Origin: Octopus vulgaris
Taxonomy: Eukaryota
Reading direction: 5' to 3'
Assembly: GCA_951406725.2 (NCBI GenBank)
Contig: OX597819.1
Span: 78,492,001-78,556,000 of the forward strand
DNA: 64,000 nucleotides
Shown: positions 1 through 12,980 of the stretch, piece by piece
How the letters are laid out: each line of letters begins with the position of its first letter
Numbering within the stretch: the stretch's first letter is position 1
Made by a program: the position numbers and the translations under genes
Notes under the pieces: generated by a model
The model's database searches: none
Told to the model about the DNA's origin: nothing
What the model saw: the letters and a program-made list of their open reading frames with translations, nothing else

Positions 1-295
1 ATCAAGCAGCCCTTGTATACGTTCCATCAATATTATTTGAATTAAAAATAAGAATAATGAGCTTACTGTATATATTATTATATAGGTGGCTGCAGTGGAG
101 GGAACATAAATGGTGGAGGCTGGGGGCAGGACAGGGTTGTGCATGTGTGTGCATATGTGTGTGTGTGTGATACCAGAAGATGGAACGTAGGAAAGTGTGT
201 GTATGTATGTATGTTTGTGGATATGAGGTGTGAGTCTATGTGCATGTGTGTGTGAGTAGGAAAAAGAAATGGACATCAGTGTGAAGAATGAGACA

Positions 296-615
296 CGTGT
301 GTGTGTGTGCATATGTGTGTGTGTGCAAATATATGTGTAAGTATGTGTACCTTCCAAAGTGTATGTGAGTGAAGGTGTGTATGATTGGAGGAAGGGATAA
401 ACAATGCATGAAGGATGAGATGTATGCGTATATGAATATAAGAGCGTGTGTGCGTGCATATGTGTGTGTGTGTGTGCACATGTATGTGTGTAAGCATGTG
501 TACCTTCCAAAGGGTATGTAAGTGAAGGTGTGTATGATAGGAGGAAGGGATAGACAATGCATGAAGGATGAGATGTATGCGTATATGAATATGAGAGTGT
601 GTGTGTGTGTGTGTG
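296..615. repeat. Two-copy tandem duplication (~153-bp period) embedded in (TG)n sequence
   Basis: The block taccttccaaag...ggaggaagggata...caatgcatgaaggatgagatgtatgcgtatatgaata occurs at ~348 and ~501. Confidence 0.85.
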
Positions 616-1223
616 CATATACAAACGTGCATGTATGTACAGATGTATGTGTGTAAATGTGTGTGATAAAATATATGCATACATGTATATGAGGGTTTGG
701 GTGTAAGTGTCTAAAAATATGTGTCCATATATGTGAGTATGATATGAAGAAGAATTGGACTTGTGGGTGGAAGAAGATGTATCTATACTGGTGTGTGTGT
801 GTGGGTGTGTGCGTGTGTATGTGGGGTGGGTGGGGCAGTGAGGAGAGAGAAGGCAAGAGAGAGAGAGAGTGAGAGTAAGAAAGGTTATCAAAGGGAAGTA
901 GATTTCATGTGCTGGTTTGATGATGATGGAGGAGAGAATAATGGCAGAGTTTGTCTGTCTAGAGAGCGGCAGTATTGTCTGCTAAAATATGGCGATGGTG
1001 ATGGTGCACGGAGAGTGAGAGAGGGTGTGTTTGTGTGTATGTATGTTGCTGTGTATAAGTATGTATGTGATTATATGTGTGTGTGTGTGTGTGTGTGTGT
1101 ATGTATATAACCATGTACGTACATTCATGGATATATTGTACACACACACACACACTTATGCATATTTATATGTTACACAGAAATTATATATTCATTATGA
1201 ATGTATAAGTGTGTGTATGTGCA

Positions 1224-1257
<34 letters not shown>

Positions 1258-1475
1258 GGGACAAAGAAAGTGAAAAGAAGAGGGCAGGTGAGTGCAAAGA
1301 GAAAAATAAGTGTGAAACATGAAAGGAAAAGGCTGAAACCACACACACACACACAAACAAACACATACACACAAATAGAAATGTGTGTGTATATATATAT
1401 ATATATTTATAAATATGTATATGTTTGTATACACACACACACATATGTGTACATATGTGTGTGTGCGTATGTGTT

Positions 1476-1523
<48 letters not shown>

Positions 1524-1528
1524 CACAC

Positions 1529-1569
<41 letters not shown>

Positions 1570-1729
1570 GAGAAAGAGAAAGACAAATTGAGTGAGAATG
1601 AGTAGTCAAAACTTGGAGAAAGTGCCATGTGACTCTGAGCCTGTAGGAAAACGGTAAAATATAAGAGGTGGCGGCAAAGAAAGTGTGTTTAAGGCAATAT
1701 CAATATCTATAGACTATGATATAATGGAC

Positions 1730-1755
1730 AATAATGATGATTACTGTGGTGGTGG

Positions 1756-1787
<32 letters not shown>

Positions 1788-2790
1788 ATAATGGTGGTAA
1801 GGATGATGACGGTTAAATGATGTTTATGATGATGATTATGATATTTAACTTGACTATGAAATTATATTAAATACATTCCAGTTGTGGCCACCTCAACTGC
1901 TTTGTCTGTATCCACCTGCAACTGTATTTATTATCATATGTGTCCTTCCCAAGACAAGTGGGTGTTATTTCAGGAAATATTTAGTTGCTATTTCTAGCAA
2001 ATTGAACAACAACAATGATAGTAAAAGGGGAGTGCTAATATAATGATGGCTGCAACAAAAGTTAATGATGATAATGATGATGATGATGATGATGATGACA
2101 ACGTTGACAACAACATCAATAATAATTAATGATCACAAAGTTGATTGTGCTGCTGACGATGAAGAGTAGCAGAAGGAGGAAGGGAAAATGGAAGAGGTGC
2201 AGAAGGAAGAGGAGGAAAGTGAAAAGGAAGACAGTGATGATGATGATGATGGAATTGTTGATGATGACGATGATGATGGAGTAGTTAATGATTATGGTGG
2301 TGGTGGTGCCGGCAGTGGTGATGTCAATGATTATGGCAGTGATGATGATGGTGGTGGTGGTGGTGTTTATGATGATGATGGTGTTGATGATCATGGTGAT
2401 GGTAGTGGTAGTGGTTGTGGTGATGGTAGGGGTACTGATGATGATGATGATGATGATGGTGAGCATGGTGGTGGTGTTGGCAATGGTGGTGGTGATGGCA
2501 GTGGTATTAATGATGATGATGATTAAGATAATGATAGTGTTTTGATAATGATGATGATGATGATGATGACAGTGTTTTGATGACGATGATGATGATGATG
2601 ATGATAGTGAAGTCAGTAAGGAAGTGGTGACGGTGGTGGCTTAGTAACTTGCTGACAGTTCTGGATGTGACTTAACAGTTGATAGTCATGATGAGTGCGA
2701 TCACGATGACAATGATGACGACCGACGAAGATGATGACAACGATGATGATGATGATGATGACAATGGTGGTGGTGGTTGTGGTAGCAGCA
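1730..2790. repeat. Degenerate (GAT)n/(GGT)n low-complexity tracts
   Basis: Long runs of gatgat and ggtggt. The Asp/Gly-rich ORFs here are translations of the repeat. Confidence 0.9.
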
Positions 2791-3339
2791 TATTATTAAT
2801 GTGAAACATATTAGTTGACCGGTCTGTGTGGGTGGAGAAAAACAGATGATGAGTCAGGACATTCTCTCTCTCTCTTTCTCTCTGAATACTTATATGTTTC
2901 AATGAGCATGTGTGTGTGTGTGTGTGTGTGTGTGCATGTGTGTGTGTGTGTAAAAGATAGCTTTGAATGAGTGCTGTCATAATAAAATGGGATCATTATA
3001 TACCTAACTTAGAGCCAAAACACACACACACACACATTTACTTCTCCATATGCACCAAGACACACACACACACAAGCACAGATCTCTATATGCACCAAAA
3101 CACATACATATGCACACGCTAACATTCACATCTCCACTCTCACCTCTCCTTTATGCAACCACCAACACTGCCACTTCTGCCACCTCCAAAACCACCACCA
3201 CCACCACCATCACTGCCACCACTTCCAAACAACTTTGTGAGATTTCATAGTTTTCTTAACACTTTGACACATAAAGTCTGCCCTCTTTGTCACTGTCACC
3301 TACATGCACAAAAATGTATGTTAAAATAAAACTAGAATT

Positions 3340-3380
<41 letters not shown>

Positions 3381-3646
3381 GCTATATGTAACACAAACAC
3401 CAACATTGCATTCGTAAAGACACATACACACACACACACACACATCAATTGGCAGGGTTTGATAGCTTCCTATCATTTGTCTAAGTCAGAAGTTGTATTG
3501 TCTGAGTTACATCCACTTACACACACACACACACACGTGTGTGTGTGTGCTTGTGTATAGTTGCATGTATATATGTATGTATGTATGTATATATATATTT
3601 GTGTGTTTGTATATATAAACATATATACACATATATATACATACAT

Positions 3647-3680
<34 letters not shown>

Positions 3681-3816
3681 GCATGTATATATATATGTAT
3701 GTGTATATGTACATATATATTTGTGTGTATACAGATGTATGTATATATACATATTTATATATATATGTTTGTGCATGTGTATTATATGTATGTAAATATG
3801 TGTGTATGCATATATA

Positions 3817-3853
<37 letters not shown>

Positions 3854-4602
3854 TTGTATACGTACCTACAAGCATTACATTTGACAGTTTTATAACATTT
3901 ACCATACAGCTAACATTACTTCTTTCTTTACCATTCTCTTAAACACATATATATGTGTTCTATACACATACACACACTTAGACAGAGGCTGTGACATATA
4001 AGAATGCTGGCATTAAAGATATACTATGTGTTTGTGTGTGTATATATATATGTATGCGTGTATGTATGCGTGTATGTATGTATGTATGTATGTATGTATA
4101 TATATATATTTACATATATGCCATGGCAAATGTGCAGACATGTGCATGTGAGCCTCTGTATATTACTTGTCTTGCTCTCTCTGTATGCACACACATACAC
4201 ATATTTATACAATTACATATATATATTTATATATAGATACAGACACACACACACATACTAAAGTATCTTGCTCAAAAACAGAATGTGCTACCAGGAATTG
4301 AACTGATGACCTTATGATTGTCACCCAAATACTCTAACCACTAAACCACATGCCTTGAGTGTGTGTGTCTACGTGTTTGCACGTTTGCATACATACGTCA
4401 GTTATGACTACATCTTGATTCATAGAAAATACCAACAAAAAATTGAGAAGCAAATATTATTGTACACAAGAAACAGCTGTAGTGAACACATAATTCTTAA
4501 CTCCCAAACTACACCAACAATTGTTTTCTTGCCTCATCAGCCAGATTATTAAGCAAAGAATAGGTTGGCTAACCTGTTTTGTAAAGCAGAAATTAATAAT
4601 TT

Positions 4603-4829
4603 AAGGCGGTGAGCTGCCAGAAACATTAGCATGCCGCGTGAAATGCTTAGCGGTATTTTGTCTCCCGCTATGTTCTGAGTTCAAATTCTGCAGAGGTCGA
4701 CTTTGCCTTTCGGGGTCGATTAAATAAGTACCAGTTACTGGGGTCAATATAATCGACTTAATCCGTTTGTCTGTCCTTGTTTGTCCCCCTCTATGTGTGG
4801 CCCCTTGTGGGCAGTAAAGAAATAAGAAA
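4603..4829 (+). mobile_element. tRNA-derived SINE, family M monomer
   Basis: Head aaggcggtgagctgccagaaacattagc, B-box-like gagttcaaattc, core gtcgactttgccttt...gggtcgattaaataagtacc and tail ...gtaaagaaataagaaa. More than 10 related copies lie in the window. The core resembles the recalled Meta-type SINE central domain (unverified). Confidence 0.85.
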
Positions 4830-6544
4830 TTAGTAAGTAGTTCTCAATAAAGGAATTCAATGAAGCAACATAAATTAGCCATTAAATGGGATCAATGTAA
4901 ATGACTGTTCCTTTCCCATATTGCTTTCTGGCTTTGTGCCCATCTTTTATCTTTTAGTTGTTCTAAATATTGGATTGCAGTGATGCTGGGGCACCACTTT
5001 GGAGAATTGCATTTTTTCTTGAATTGTTTCTCCTGCCGTTGCCCTGTTACTGCAGGTGAGAAAACTCATACAGTGACATAATGCACCTACAGTGTGCTAA
5101 AAGTTAAAGCCTGGTAGTCATTCTATTGGTCTGTTTTGGCATTTCACTAAGTTACAGATATATAACTGGCTGCCATGAAGTGATGTGAGGCAGATAGAAA
5201 GACACATACACACACACACACACGTGTGTGTGTGTGTGTGTGTGTGTTTATGTCTGTGTTTGTCTCCCCACCACCATCACTTGACCACCGATGCTGGTGT
5301 GTTTACATCCATGTAACTTAGTGGTTTGGCAAAAAAGAGACTAATAAAGCAAGTACTAGGTTTACAAAGAACAAGTCCCATGGTCGATTTCTTCGACTAA
5401 AATTCTTCAAGGCAGTACTCCAGCATGACTGCAGTTAAATAACTGAAACAAATAGAAGAGTATGTGTGTGTGTGTGTAGCATTTTTGTAGGCATAAAAGA
5501 TGCATGTTCTTATTAAACAAACTCCAAATTCAACAATATATATTTCAGAAAAACAAAACAAAAAGCAATTATTTCCAGGGCACGAGAACGCGTAATATAG
5601 GCCCAACTTCACAAAAAGAACATGGGATGATATTGTCGGGAGATACACGTTTTCTATGCGGTCTGTTACTATGCATTATACACTCATCGTGATTATCACC
5701 ATCAACTTCGCAATCACTAAAAATTATCATCACCATCATCATCATCATCATCATCACGACAATCATTGCCGTCACCTGACCGTCATTATGACAGCCATTT
5801 TCATTGTCATCATTATCGCAATTGTCAACATCGTCACCGTCATGATTGTTGTCGAGTTGTTGTTGTTGTTGTTCTTGTTCTTGTTCTTCTTCAGTAGCAG
5901 CAGTAATACAATTAGGAGCCAGCTAATTTCATTGAGATAACAAGCAATGCGGCAAGTGGCATTGTAATCCAGTTAGTGGAACCTCAGTCACTTTTACAAG
6001 AGAAAAATAAATCAAATAAACATAACCACTTGAGTCCTAATGACAAAAAAAAAAAAAAAACACATCGACACCACCACCACCACCAACATCAACAACAGCA
6101 ACAATTCTTAAGCTAACTGACATTATTGTTGTTGTTGTTATTATTATTAAAAGATTAGTTCGTTGTTGACAGTTTTTCAGTTTCTTTTTTTTTTTGTTTT
6201 TGTTTTTGTTTTCTTCTCTAATTTTCTTACTTAGTGATTAACATTGCTTTATTTGTTTGTTTGTTTTTCTTTTGCTGATTTTTATTTATTTATCTACTTT
6301 TTTGTCAACAGAGACCAACAACACTAACACCAACAATAATAATAATATCGACACAAGTATAATCTGATTTTGATACAGGTGTTAATACTGTGTTTATGTG
6401 TGCGTGTGTGCATGTGTATGTGTGTTCGTGTGTGTGTGTGGTATGGAGTGGTGGAGTGTGGCAAGGTAAAGTAATTGCTGTTGTATTTCATTTATATTGA
6501 ATGTGTTTTTATTCAAAACAAACATGTTGCTCTCCTTCTCTGGT

Positions 6545-6576
<32 letters not shown>

Positions 6577-7509
6577 TGACAAACCAGCTTATTTAACATT
6601 GCCTCCACCACCACCACCAACACCACCTATACCAACAACAACAACAACAACACTAATTCCTCCTCCCACTGTCACATCAACACAATCACTACTATCACCA
6701 TCTCTGATCACACCTCTGCTACCAATCACCACCACCACCACCACCACCATTAAATCCGAATGACATGCCTCCCCACTATCACAACCACTTCCAAATTGCC
6801 CCTGCTCTCCATCTCCACCCACAACGACCACCACCACCACCAGCAACAGCTGATTATTCTGGTTCAGTCCCAGAGCGCAGTAGTCTCCATACATCAATAG
6901 CTGTCTCACTTTGATTTTGCATCCAGATCCTGGCTCTGGTTACGGCAATAACGCAACGTGAGACAGCTGTCGTGTACAAAAAAGCCGACTCTATATACTA
7001 GACACATTCAACAGATTTCTCATACTCATGAAAGGGATGTCCTGTGTTGTCATCAATATTAACCTCTGAATGCAAGAGCTTTGGACCCCTAGATGTAACC
7101 TCACCCAAAATCATCATCACTGTCGTCATCATCACCATCATTATCATCATTTTAATATCCATTTTTCCATGCACGCATGAGTTCAAACAGAATTTGCTGA
7201 GGCAGAGTTTTCAACAGCTGAATGCCTTTCCTGCTGCTAACCCTCATCTGTTCCCAAGTAAGGTAATATTTCCCCATGATCAGACATGCTTTCACAGAAG
7301 ATTGAAAATGAAGGACACTACACTGCTTGTAGAATGGTGACACTTGTTTACAATTATGACACAAACTCAAGCTGAGGAGACAGAAACACACACATGTGCA
7401 CTCACACACACACATGTATATATACACATGATGGGCTTCTTTCAATTTCTGTTAACTAAATGCACCACAAGGCATTAATTGGCCCTAAGGCATTATCTTA
7501 TAACTTTTA

Positions 7510-7885
7510 ATCTTTTACTTATTTTAGTCATTTAACTGCAGCCATGCTGGGGCACCACCTTGAAGGGTTCAGTTGAACGAATTAACCCCAGTACTTAATG
7601 TTACCTCTTTCCCTAAAATCTACTACTTATTCAATTGATCTCTTCTACTGAACTGCTAAGCTATGGGAATATAAACAAACCAACACTGGTTGTCAAGCAG
7701 TGGTGGAGGGCAAACACAAAGGCACACACACACACACAATGGGCTTCTTTTCAGTTTCCATTTGTCAAATCTATTTTCAAGACAAGCTATAGTAAAAGAT
7801 ATTTGCCCAAAATGACTTGCATTGGGATTGAAACCAAAACAGTTTGGCTAGGAAGCAAGCTTCTTACCACAGAGCTATGCCTGAA
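7510..7885 (-). mobile_element. SINE family A, decayed copy
   Basis: Reverse-complement match to the copies at 40417-40770 and 26433-26894. Confidence 0.75.
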
Positions 7886-8111
7886 TCTATTATTCAATGG
7901 AAATCAGAGGGATTGAGTTTCTGTATGTGCACATGTGGTGGGTGGTCCTAATTTCCCTGTTGTAGGAGGACGCAATCCACAAAAACTTACTAAAGCTTGT
8001 TGCACAAGCTTTTGTTATCTTACACATTCACAGCTTTAGTCAGTTAACAAGAGAGCCTCTACATGAGCATGGTTGGTTGCATTGCTAGAAATAGCAGCAA
8101 ATATCTTTCAA

Positions 8112-8852
8112 CTCTTTAGGATTTAAACCAGCCATCTCCAGCCCAAATATTCTATCTATGTTAAAACTGGCCAGATCTAGCCTCTCACACCTACCCTACA
8201 ATGTCATTTTAGAAATAAGCAATCACATCCTCAAAATCTCAAAGCTACAGGCACAGGCATAACTGTGTGGTAAGAAGCTTGCTTCCTAATCACATGGTTC
8301 CAGGTTCAGTCCCACTATGTGGCACATTGGGCTAACCAAAAGCCTTGTGAGTGGATTTGGTAGACAGAAACTGAAACAAGCCTGTCATGTGTATGTATAT
8401 ATATATATATTTGAACCGTCCAACCCATGCTAGCATGGAAAGCGGACGCTAAACGATGATGATGATGATGATGATATATATATATATATATTTATGTAGA
8501 TATATATATAAATATATATATATAAATGATTGTATATATATTTATGTGACTGTGTCTTTGTGTCTGTGTTGACAACCGATGTAGGTGTGTTTATGTCCCT
8601 GTAACTTAGCAGTTCAGCAATAGAGACTGATAGAATAAGTACTAGGCTTACAAAGAATAAGTCCTGGGGTTGATTTCTGTGATTAAAAAAAACCCTTTAA
8701 GGCTGTGCTCCAGCATGGCCACAGTCAATTGACTGAAAGAAGTAAAAGAGTTAAAGTAAAAGATACAAGATACAAGATAATGCATGATTAGTTTAAAACA
8801 ATATCAAGGAATAAGAATTATATTTGACAGAGTAATCTGGAATGCTACAGGG
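8112..8852. mobile_element. piggyBac-like MITE interrupted by a SINE A
   Basis: Left end tcaa|ctctttaggattt and right end aatgctacaggg|ttaa (TTAA-type target, CCCTTTAGCATT-like TIR). The body matches 22833-23367. Confidence 0.65.
8248..8760 (+). mobile_element. SINE family A with a family C 3' fragment nested in its internal (TA)n
   Basis: Head aggcacaggcataactgtgtggtaagaagcttgc...ggttcagtccc and tail ...gactgaaagaagtaaaagag. The internal piece ccgtccaacccatgctagcatggaaagcggacg...(GAT)n lies at ~8412-8475. Confidence 0.8.
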
Positions 8853-9038
8853 TTAAATCACACATCATTTTAAAAGAGAGGAGGATACATTGGATAAAAT
8901 AATCTGGTGAGAAATTATAATATATGTGAAAAAAAAATGGGATGGTCATGGATGGAAAGGCTTTGATCATAAGGCCTGCTTGATCAGAGCTGAGCTGGAA
9001 TGAAAAAAAAAAGGGGGGGGGGGGGGGACAACAAATCA

Positions 9039-9159
9039 GGTACTGGCATGGCTGTGTCATAAGAAGCTTACTCTCCAACCACATGCTTCCAGGTTCTTTG
9101 AGCAAGTGTCTTCTGCTATAGCCTTGGCCTGACCAAAGCCTTGTGAGTGGATTTGGTAG

Positions 9160-9194
<35 letters not shown>

Positions 9195-9392
9195 TCCCTC
9201 TACTGCTTGCCTAGAAGTGTTGGTTTGTTTACATCCCCGTATCTTAGCTGTTCGACAAAAAGATACAGGTAGTATAAGTACCTGGCTTAGAAAATAGAAT
9301 ATAATGAATACTGGGGTCGATTCATTCGGGTAATAGTCCTTCGAGACGGTGCTCCGGCATGGCCACAGTCTAACGACTAAAACAAGTAAAGA
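9039..9392 (+). mobile_element. SINE family A
   Basis: Head ggcatggctgtgtcataagaagc, body gaccaaagccttgtgagtggatttggtag, tail catggccacagtc...aacaagtaaa. Confidence 0.75.
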
Positions 9393-9726
9393 ATCTCAGA
9401 TAAACAAAAACAACAGCCACAATCGAGCCTAATGGGTGTTAGTGGCATGAAGTGTGACTGACTGAAGTCGCAATTATTGCCCTAAGATATGAGACTGTAT
9501 CAACAACAACAAACACACACACACACACACACACAAAGGCATATATATGAAAGAGAGAACAAGAGAGAAATATGTCTTGAATATGGGTGTAGACAATCTG
9601 AGTAGAACCATAACACCATTCTTCTACAAATTTATTCTCATGTGTGCATACACACACATGCAGACATGCTCACACACACGCACGCACACACATACACATA
9701 AACTTGTCTATGGTATTTTATGATAC

Positions 9727-10555
9727 AAGGCGGCAAGCTGGCAGAAACATTTGCATGCCGGGTGAAATGCTTAATGGTATTTCGTCTGCCGCTATGTTCT
9801 GAGTTCAAATTCCGCCGAGGTCGACTTTGCTTTTCATCCTTTCGGGATCGATTAAATAAGTACCAGTTATGCACTGGGGTCGATATAATCGACTTAATCC
9901 GTTTGTCTATCCTTGTTTGTTCCCTCTGTGTTTAGCCCCTTGTGGGTAGTAAAGAAATAGGTATTTGGTCTGCTGTTACATTCTGAGTTCAAATTGTTAC
10001 ATTCTGAGTTCAAATTCCGTCAAGGTCGACTTTGCCTTTCATCCTTTCGGAGTCGATTAAATAAGTACCAGTTACGCACTGGGGTCGATGTAATCGACTT
10101 AATTCGTTTGTCTTTCCTTGTCTGTCCTCTCTGTGTTTAGCCCCTTGTGGGTAGTAGAGAAATAGGTATTTTGTCTGCCGTTACGTTCTGAGTTCAAATT
10201 CCGCTGAGGTTGACTTTACCTTTCATCGTTTCGATGTCAATAAATTAAGTACCAGTTACGCACTGGCGTCGATGTAATCGACTTAATCCCTTTGTTTGTC
10301 CCCTATATGTTTAGCCCTTTGTGGGCAATACAGAAATAAGTAAGATGCAGTTTGGTAGAATGGTTTGGGTTTATATTCCTGCAGTTACATTTTGAGTTCA
10401 AATTCCACCGAGGTCGACTTTGCCTTTCATCCTTTCGGGATTAAATAAGTACCAGTTACGCACTGGGGTCGATATAATCGACTTAATCCGTTTGCCTGTC
10501 CTTGTTTGTCCTCTCTGTATTTAGCCCCTTGTGGGTAGTAAAGAAATAGGTATTT
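9727..10555 (+). mobile_element. SINE family M head-to-tail array (about 4 units of ~184 nt)
   Basis: One tRNA-like head at 9727. Repeated units gtattt...ctgagttcaaattcc...gtgggtagtaaagaaatag join at 9960/9961, ~10165 and ~10550. Confidence 0.9.
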
Positions 10556-10840
10556 TATAATACTAGAAAGAATAGTAAAACACTCCGTGTAGACAGATAC
10601 AAGCAATAAAGAAACTGTAGCAATGTTTACATACAGGATTTTTAAAATAAAAGAATTGTTATTAAATTGAGTTAGACACACACAACATATACATATACAT
10701 GCATGTGTGTGCGCACATATATACCCGTAACAGATTCCTGCCTCCCAGAGGTGAGAGGAAGAGTTACATTTGTTTTTAGCTGAGTCTGACGAGACATATT
10801 TCTTTGTTAAACGAAGAAATGGTGAAGAATGAAAATTTTG

Positions 10841-10871
<31 letters not shown>

Positions 10872-10873
<2 letters not shown>

Positions 10874-11123
10874 TATTATTATTATCATTATTATTCAGTA
10901 GTTTTATTTTTATAGTGTGCTTTCACTTCACTACTGAGCGCAGCTGTGTGCCTTGGGTATGTGCTGTGTTTTGTTGTGAGGCTGTGATGGTCAATACAGT
11001 AACCATCAGAGACCCACAACAAACCACAGCACATACCCAAGGCACACAGAGCTGCGCTCAGTAGTGAAGTGAAAGCACGCTATAAAAATAAAACTACTGA
11101 ATAATAATGATAATAATAATAAT
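10872..11123. repeat. Long inverted repeat made of two copies of a (TAA)n-tailed retroposon 3' end
   Basis: Arm 10893-10991 is the reverse complement (a few mismatches) of arm 11002-11102. The spacer is 10 nt and the (ATT)n/(AAT)n tails point outward. Confidence 0.9.
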
Positions 11124-11516
11124 AATAATAGTAATAATAATAGTAATAATGATTATAAGCTTAAAGCTTGTAAGTGTTCACTGTTCATTGGTTACAGGAA
11201 ATAGTCAAATACTGAGGCATATAAATCCTTGATGGTAAAAAGTGGGAATTAGTATACATGGGATCTGTCTGTCTGTATGTATGTATGTATATCTATGGAA
11301 AGCACACTGGTCTACTGATTTTGGGTTGTAATGATAGATGAGAGAGAGAATGGTTAAGAAGAAAGAGAAGGGAGAGAGAGAGATGTTTGGACTGAAAGGG
11401 TGTGGTGTAGTAAGGTGATGTATATGTGTCTATCAGTTTACAGGGACAAGCTAAATTTAAACTCTAGCCCAGACAAAAACTATTCAACTATATATATATG
11501 TGTGTGTGTGTACATA

Positions 11517-11559
<43 letters not shown>

Positions 11560-11682
11560 ATATACACACATATATATACTCATATACATACACACATAAG
11601 TATACTATATACATGTATATACATACACACACATGTACACAATACACACATATATATACATACACACAAACACACATATACA

Positions 11683-11737
<55 letters not shown>

Positions 11738-12304
11738 CAATATATATATATAGACATACATACACGCACGCATATATATATATATACATACATACATATA
11801 CATACATACATATACATATACATATATATATATAAATATATATATAAAGCGAAATTAAAGACACAAAGAGTACACATATATTGCTATGAAATAGTATCAA
11901 AACAAATACATACATACATATATATATACATACACACATATATATACATGCACACACACACACACATATATATATATAAACCAGAGTAACTTGACCCTGC
12001 CTCCCACCTCTAAGCACCAATCTACTACAACCACTACAAAACAAAATTAAAACAAAAAAAAAAGACAAAGAAAGAATATACCCTGCACCTCACCCCACTG
12101 CACCACCACTGCCACCCCACTACAGATTTTCTGCGTCCCGACCACCACTAAGTAGGAAAATTTGTCAGTGTCACCGATAATAAGGAAAGATGGTGGTGTG
12201 GGCGGCAAAGCCGTAATTAGTGGCTTCCTATTGGTGGCGCTACTGGTATAAATGTCAGACTGCCTATCAGTACAGCTATTACAGCGGATCAAATCTAACT
12301 CATG

Positions 12305-12360
<56 letters not shown>

Positions 12361-12662
12361 CAATCACACAAATACACACACACATGCAAACATGCACATA
12401 CGCCACCACCATCACCACCACTGGTTCCACCATCACTATGACCACCACCACCACCACCATCCCCGACTAACACAGCTGGCTCAGATAGCCGAGATGTCGC
12501 AATGAGCCAAAAACAACAACACGGGGTGGAAGCGGTAGGGGTGGTGATGGTGGTGGTGGTTAGTGTAGCGATGGTGATGGTGAATGTGGTAAGACTGATG
12601 ATGATGATGTATTTATATGTGTGCAGAAATATAAGTGTGTGTGTGTGTATATATACATACAC

Positions 12663-12663
<1 letters not shown>

Positions 12664-12707
<44 letters not shown>

Positions 12708-12752
12708 CAGATAGATAGACAGACAGATAGATAGATAGACAGATAGATAGAC

Positions 12753-12831
<79 letters not shown>

Positions 12832-12840
12832 CAGATAGAC

Positions 12841-12875
<35 letters not shown>

Positions 12876-12980
12876 CAGATAGATAGATAGACAGATAGAT
12901 AGATAGACAGATAGATAGATAGACAGATAGATAGATAGACAGATAGACAAATTGGTAGATATAGATAGATAAGTAGATAA
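12664..12980. repeat. (GATA)n/(GACA)n tetranucleotide satellite (Bkm-type)
   Basis: About 300 bp of tagatagatagacag units. Confidence 0.95.

Noticed and set aside
236-1628. Long His/Thr/Tyr/Ile/Val/Cys-rich ORFs (e.g. 206 aa at 236-856)
   Set aside because: Translations of (CA)n, (TG)n and (TA)n microsatellites, open in several frames on both strands. The same applies to most ORFs in the track.
2188-2526. Acidic Asp/Gly-rich 112-aa ORF resembling a biomineralisation or nucleolar protein
   Set aside because: It lies within a wider (GAT/GGT)n tract that is open in overlapping frames, with no splice or homology support.
5010-5085. Acceptor-like tract followed by GEKTHT (C2H2 zinc-finger linker-like)
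   Set aside because: A stop follows within 8 codons and there is no Cys/His finger pattern.
9727-10555. Regularly spaced repeats suggesting a CRISPR array
   Set aside because: The units are ~184-nt full-length duplicates with no unique spacers, the context is eukaryotic, and no cas genes are present.
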